Virus record (IMG/VR): IMGVR_UViG_3300020045_000842
Span: 1 to 39,619 of that record
DNA: 39,619 nt
Origin: a virus
Lineage: Duplodnaviria > Caudoviricetes
Reading direction: 5' to 3' (one strand)
Below the pieces are notes generated by a model, which was not told the DNA's origin, ran no database searches, and saw only the letters and a list, made by a program, of their open reading frames with translations. Positions 35,652 through 39,619 of this stretch are shown in pieces (positions within the stretch are counted from its first letter, which is position 1; each line of letters opens with the position of its first letter). The position numbers were made by a program, and so were the translations under genes.

Positions 35652-35801
35652 TTACGCGGCCTGATAGAACCGCTCAAGGCGGTTCTCAAAAATGGTTGTA
35701 AAAACCACTCCAACGTGGTCACAAATGGTGTAAATGGTTTCGCCAGAAAACTGGCTGATGTGTGTGTGAAGTGAAAGACCTGCTTTAAGCTGTTTGTTCA
35801 T
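35652..35801 (-). CDS. Small hypothetical protein (49 aa, not in the ORF track)
   Basis: AAGGA RBS downstream of a consensus promoter; MNKQLKAGLSLHTH... Confidence 0.55.
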   Translation of the reverse strand: MNKQLKAGLSLHTHISQFSGETIYTICDHVGVVFTTIFENRLERFYQAA

Positions 35802-35836
35802 TTCGTTCTTCCTTGTGTTGTTGAGTTGATGTGTTA

Positions 35837-35864
35837 ATTATAAACACTTCGCAAAGTTTGTCAA
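35837..35864 (-). promoter_or_regulatory. Sigma70 consensus promoter
   Basis: TTGACA-N16-TATAAT; TAATTGACG just upstream (35872-35880). Confidence 0.75.
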
Positions 35865-35873
35865 GAAGTTTCG

Positions 35874-36065
35874 TCAATTACTTTGCTTTAAATTTTTCCT
35901 TCGTTTCGTATCGTCAATGTGACACTGTTTGCACTGCGACCTATAGTAGCCGTTAGGTTGTTTGTAGAACTCCGCCAAAGGCTTGAAAGTTTGGCACCAC
36001 GTGCAACGCTTTTTCGCTGTAGCTAAGTGCGGTTTGTTCGACAGTAAAAACAAGAGTTCGTTCAT
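35874..36065 (-). CDS. Small zinc-finger protein (stand-alone nuclease-associated-type finger)
   Basis: KRCTWCQTFKPLAEFY...SQCKQC; no catalytic HNH seen. Confidence 0.65.
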   Translation of the reverse strand: MNELLFLLSNKPHLATAKKRCTWCQTFKPLAEFYKQPNGYYRSQCKQCHIDDTKRRKNLKQSN

Positions 36066-36067
36066 GA

Positions 36068-38344
36068 CTAAATTCCGAATGTTTTCGGCGTTGTAATTGC
36101 GTAGCACTTCGCTGTAGTTTTGTAATCCTTTACCATCGTTGCGCGACCAACTTCTTGTAAGTCACCTCGATCTATCAACAGTTTTATAATGCACTCGATT
36201 GTTTTGCTCGCTCCTTTGCGATCCTTGCGGAAAACAGCAACGGCTGCGAGTCGTCGGCTAATGTAACTGAACGGGACAATCCTTTCACTGTGGAGTTCCT
36301 GCGGCGATGTGCTGTATTTCTTAATATCGCTCCACGGCTGAATAACGTAGTCGCGGATCACTTGAATGATTTTGTTCGTCTGTTTCGTTTCTTCGTTGTC
36401 CGTGCCAATCTCACCCGCGTCAAATCTATTCAGCATGTTACGCACGTCAGCAACGATCAAGTTGATTGCCCAGGTTGCACCGGCTAAGTCAATTTCAGGG
36501 TTGTAAGGGTTCAGGCCGACAGCGACCAACGCTGCAAGCTTCATCGCTTTAATGTGGGCACGGTTCCACAGATGGCGGCGCACTTCTCGATCTGATGTGT
36601 TGATGTTCGTATCACAGTGCTTGTCAAATGTGTCAAAAAGGTTTTGCGCATCAGGCGTGCAAACCACATGCACCGCTTTGTTCTGGCTGTTGAGCATGAG
36701 CGCATGAGCGCACAGTGTTGAAAGCTTCTCGATACAGTCAAAGCTTGGTTGCGCGGTCATGTGGCCAGGGTTGAGCGCTGGCCGTTCTCCGTGGTATTCA
36801 ATCATCGTGAAGCGTGGCAGCAGTCCGGACGAAATCATGCTTTCATCAAGTGCTTCGTAGAACTTTTCCGGTGTCGATTCTCCAATCATGGTCATTGCTG
36901 GCGATAGAACGCTTGTTGTGTTTTTGTCGCGGTCTGAATAAATCGACGGCCTGAGAATCTTACCTTCGCCTGACTTGTTGAAAATATCCAAAAGGCATGA
37001 GAGTAAGCCTTGCATATGGGGCGCGGCAAACGGCGAAGCCATAAGCTTTAACTGTATACCGAATTCTCCAACAATTGAAACGAAGCTAGGCACCATCTTA
37101 GACAAATGTTTGATAAGAGCTTGCTCTGAACTTATCTTAGAAGGCCCAATAAAATCACACGATGCAGGAACAGCACGTGCTACGCAGTTCATTAACTTAT
37201 CGATGCCGCTGGCTATACTCTCTTTGCCCGTGCCTGTTGGAGCAAGCAAAAGCATGTATTGATTCAACCCTGTTCCGCTCACGTTGTAAGCTCTGCCCAC
37301 AATACCCGCTACAAGTCCGATTGCACCGGCAAGGGCTATTTCTGTAACTGGCCTTGGCGCTTGGTTATAAATGAACTTTGCAATATCGCCAATCAATCCA
37401 GGCGGCAACGTATAGGCCTCCCCTGCTTTTGGAAACGTCGGCAACGGCGTTGCAGGGTCTTGCGTTTTGCGCTGCTTCTTTTCGATTGCTTCATTAACTT
37501 GGTTTCGCATTCCTTCAATATCAACAGGCGGCAACATTCGATCAAAGCATCGATTGAGCATATAGTTAATTCGATACTGAGCGCGGCTTTTTTCACGTTC
37601 GGCCAGTTTGGAACTCAAGAAAATTCGTTGCGATTGCTGACCATTTTCAGAGTAAAAAGCAATGATATCAAACAGTGCAAAATCGGCTTCTGACTGCGAA
37701 GGGTAATATTTTTGCCAATTGCCGTTATAAAATAGTTCTGAAAATTTTTCAGAGTTTGCGGCTGTGTTAGCCATTTGCAATATTTCTTCGTCGCTGAATT
37801 TTGCCTTTTCTAATCCTGCATAAAATGCGGAAGCGTTACGACCTTCACCCATCTGAAGCCAAAGTGCGTTAAGCATTTCGCTGTAGTCTTTGATAGGCGC
37901 ATTTCGATAAACATCGCCTGTCATTGTCATGTAACGCTGTGATGAGTAAATTTCAATAGATGACCGGCGACGACCTGATGGCAAAGCGCCTTTGACAATG
38001 ATATGCAAGCCGGAACCAGACGGAGAGCGTTCTGCAAAACTGTCAAACTCTTGATATATTTTTAACTGCCTGTCAAGTGCTGTTTGATCGCCTTTTGTGT
38101 CGTCAAGATCAATGAACGCAAAAGGGTCGCTATCAGTTAAAACAAAGCCAATGCCTGTGTAGTTCGGCGCTGCTCTAACGCATTCCTCGAATGTCGCCCA
38201 AGTCGTTGAGTCTGTCACGCTGGCAAGTCTGCCTGTTCTCGCGCTGTATGGCACTTTTGTTGGTTTTGTTGCTTCTGTGTCTTCAAGCTTCCAGACAACG
38301 AACTGTCTGTAAGCCTTCATTTCTTCAGGAATTTGGCTAAACAT
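36068..38344 (-). CDS. Primase-polymerase fused to a P-loop helicase-like domain (DUF3987 type)
   Basis: N-terminal KVPY, FIDLDD, ERSPSGSGLH and IEIYS (AEP prim-pol); SQSEAD; C-terminal APTGTGKE and SGLLPRF. Confidence 0.88.
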   Translation of the reverse strand: MFSQIPEEMKAYRQFVVWKLEDTEATKPTKVPYSARTGRLASVTDSTTWATFEECVRAAPNYTGIGFVLTDSDPFAFIDLDDTKGDQTALDRQLKIYQEFDSFAERSPSGSGLHIIVKGALPSGRRRSSIEIYSSQRYMTMTGDVYRNAPIKDYSEMLNALWLQMGEGRNASAFYAGLEKAKFSDEEILQMANTAANSEKFSELFYNGNWQKYYPSQSEADFALFDIIAFYSENGQQSQRIFLSSKLAEREKSRAQYRINYMLNRCFDRMLPPVDIEGMRNQVNEAIEKKQRKTQDPATPLPTFPKAGEAYTLPPGLIGDIAKFIYNQAPRPVTEIALAGAIGLVAGIVGRAYNVSGTGLNQYMLLLAPTGTGKESIASGIDKLMNCVARAVPASCDFIGPSKISSEQALIKHLSKMVPSFVSIVGEFGIQLKLMASPFAAPHMQGLLSCLLDIFNKSGEGKILRPSIYSDRDKNTTSVLSPAMTMIGESTPEKFYEALDESMISSGLLPRFTMIEYHGERPALNPGHMTAQPSFDCIEKLSTLCAHALMLNSQNKAVHVVCTPDAQNLFDTFDKHCDTNINTSDREVRRHLWNRAHIKAMKLAALVAVGLNPYNPEIDLAGATWAINLIVADVRNMLNRFDAGEIGTDNEETKQTNKIIQVIRDYVIQPWSDIKKYSTSPQELHSERIVPFSYISRRLAAVAVFRKDRKGASKTIECIIKLLIDRGDLQEVGRATMVKDYKTTAKCYAITTPKTFGI

Positions 38345-38348
38345 TTGT

Positions 38349-38552
38349 CTAGCCTTTCGCGTTCAAGTTCGTCAAATAATTTCGAATTGTTTCAACGCGA
38401 TTAACCGAAGGGTCTTTAATCTTGTTTCTGGAAAACATTTTCAACCAGCCTTCCGGGATGGTTGTGTCTTCTGCAATCTTCTTCAGCTTCAGCCATGAAG
38501 GACGACACTGAATGAGCGATACAGCTTTGTCTCTGTCATTGGTGGTAATCAT
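38349..38552 (-). CDS. Small Cro/XRE-like helix-turn-helix regulator
   Basis: LKKIAEDTTIPEGWLKMFSRNKIKDPSVNRVE; GAGG upstream of ATG 38552. Confidence 0.75.
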   Translation of the reverse strand: MITTNDRDKAVSLIQCRPSWLKLKKIAEDTTIPEGWLKMFSRNKIKDPSVNRVETIRNYLTNLNAKG

Positions 38553-38593
38553 TGCGAACCTCTTGAATTGTGTATGTGGGCAAATCTGCACAG

Positions 38594-38622
38594 ATGATAC
38601 AAGAAAAAATTTAACACCGCAA
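38594..38622 (-). promoter_or_regulatory. Leftward promoter (HTH-primase operon)
   Basis: TTGCGG-N17-TATCAT. Confidence 0.6.
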
Positions 38623-38635
38623 GAAAATAAAACAC

Positions 38636-38664
38636 TTGCAATGTGCAAAAGCCTCTTGTATATT
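38636..38664 (+). promoter_or_regulatory. Rightward promoter (replication operon)
   Basis: TTGCAA-N17-TATATT, back to back with the leftward promoter. Confidence 0.6.
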
Positions 38665-38705
38665 TTGTCTGTCGGCAATCCGCCGCAACTTACCTAGGGG
38701 ATGAA

Positions 38706-38951
38706 ATGAGCATTGAAGGATACGGCGTTTGCCGCACGGTTGAAGATGCAAAGGAAATTGCAGAAGGCGCATATCTGCAAGGTTTAAAGGGTTGTTATCC
38801 GGCTGCTGCCGTTGTGCTTGTAAGAGCATTGGAGACAGCAGAAAAGCGTATTGTAGAAATCACCGAGCATTACGAAAGTCGAAACCTGAAAACCAAAGTA
38901 ATTTTAAATACCGCTTTTGGTAAATTTTACGACAAGGATTTAGCAAAATGA
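38706..38951 (+). CDS. Hypothetical protein
   Basis: AGGGG RBS; first gene of the rightward operon; ATGA overlap with the next gene. Confidence 0.6.
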   Translation: MSIEGYGVCRTVEDAKEIAEGAYLQGLKGCYPAAAVVLVRALETAEKRIVEITEHYESRNLKTKVILNTAFGKFYDKDLAK

Positions 38952-39448
38952 AACAAATCATTAACAAACAAACCGGCGAAGTCAAGAATTATACAGATAA
39001 CGAATTCGAAGCCGAACGCAACCGGCTGCTAATACTTTGGGATGAATCCAAAAAAGCTTTGGAAGTTGCAAAAGAAACTGAAATGACAGCGCGAAAGAAA
39101 GCTGTCGAATTTTCTTTCGATCAAGGCAAAAATAGTGGAACTGAACGTATCGAACTTGGTAACGGATGGCAAGCCAAAGCAGTCAAGAAAGTCAATTACG
39201 GATGGGTTAAGACCGAAGACGGCAAGCTTAACAAGAATGCAATCGAAATCGCTTTGCAAAAGATTGAGACAATTGGCGGTCAGACTGGCGAACTTATTGC
39301 AGAGCGTTTGGTCAAATGGACTCCCGATCTTTCTTTAACAGAATATAACTTGCTTTCCCAAGAATACCGTGCTATAATTGACGAAGTTATCGTAACAACA
39401 GACGGCGCACCAAGTCTTGAAATTATTGCGCCGAAATCACCGAAATAA
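38948..39448 (+). CDS. Conserved-looking phage replication-module protein of unknown function
   Basis: 166 aa with GTERIELGNGW, VKWTPDLS and GAPSLEI. Confidence 0.7.
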   Translation: MKQIINKQTGEVKNYTDNEFEAERNRLLILWDESKKALEVAKETEMTARKKAVEFSFDQGKNSGTERIELGNGWQAKAVKKVNYGWVKTEDGKLNKNAIEIALQKIETIGGQTGELIAERLVKWTPDLSLTEYNLLSQEYRAIIDEVIVTTDGAPSLEIIAPKSPK

Positions 39449-39460
39449 AGAAAGCAGAAA

Positions 39461-39619
39461 ATGCAAGCATCTGGAATTTACGCAATTCGGCATAACGCAA
39501 GTGAAAGTCTTTACATCGGTTCAGCGAAAAATATCAAACTTCGCTGGCAAGATCATAAGAAAACGCTTCGCGGTAATCGCCATCATTCAGCGTATTTGCA
39601 AAACGCTTGGAATAAACAT
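39461..39619 (+). CDS. GIY-YIG homing endonuclease (5' part, continues at position 122)
   Basis: MQASGIYAIRHNASESLYIGS, in frame with ORF 98-496 across the junction. Confidence 0.9.
   Translation, partial: MQASGIYAIRHNASESLYIGSAKNIKLRWQDHKKTLRGNRHHSAYLQNAWNKH
39499..39619. repeat. Terminal direct repeat, copy 2
   Basis: Identical to 1-121. Confidence 0.95.

Noticed and set aside
38349-38664. Lambda-like lysis/lysogeny switch
   Set aside because: Divergent promoters and one small HTH are present, but no CI-like repressor or integrase was recognised.

Overview
This window appears to be a complete, circularly assembled dsDNA phage genome of about 39,498 bp; bases 1-121 are repeated exactly at 39499-39619. 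The virion module on the minus strand (9237-28404) is P22-like podovirus: terminases, portal, scaffold, coat, gp4 and gp10 tail proteins, three ejection proteins, a tailspike and an SGNH hydrolase. A lysis cassette (holin, lambda-R-type lysozyme, embedded Rz/Rz1 spanins) indicates a diderm, probably proteobacterial, host. The replication module is self-sufficient: Sak4-like ATPase, SSB, exonuclease, SF2 helicase, beta-clamp-like protein, family B polymerase and primase-polymerase/helicase, with two homing endonucleases and a frameshifted methyltransferase. The early region holds small genes under sigma70-like promoters. I recognised no integrase, tRNA or CRISPR array. The most unusual signals are: (1) an integron-type attC site with a 364-bp gene cassette and further core-site remnants at 32510-32967, in a genome with no integrase; (2) a covarying, pseudoknot-like RNA motif upstream of both the scaffold and coat genes; (3) N-terminal leader extensions on coat and scaffold; (4) an A9 slippery site joining the two methyltransferase halves; (5) an SSB-type acidic tail on the clamp-like protein; (6) a recurrent TAATTGAC box at early promoters. 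All family assignments come from motif recognition by eye, not database searches.
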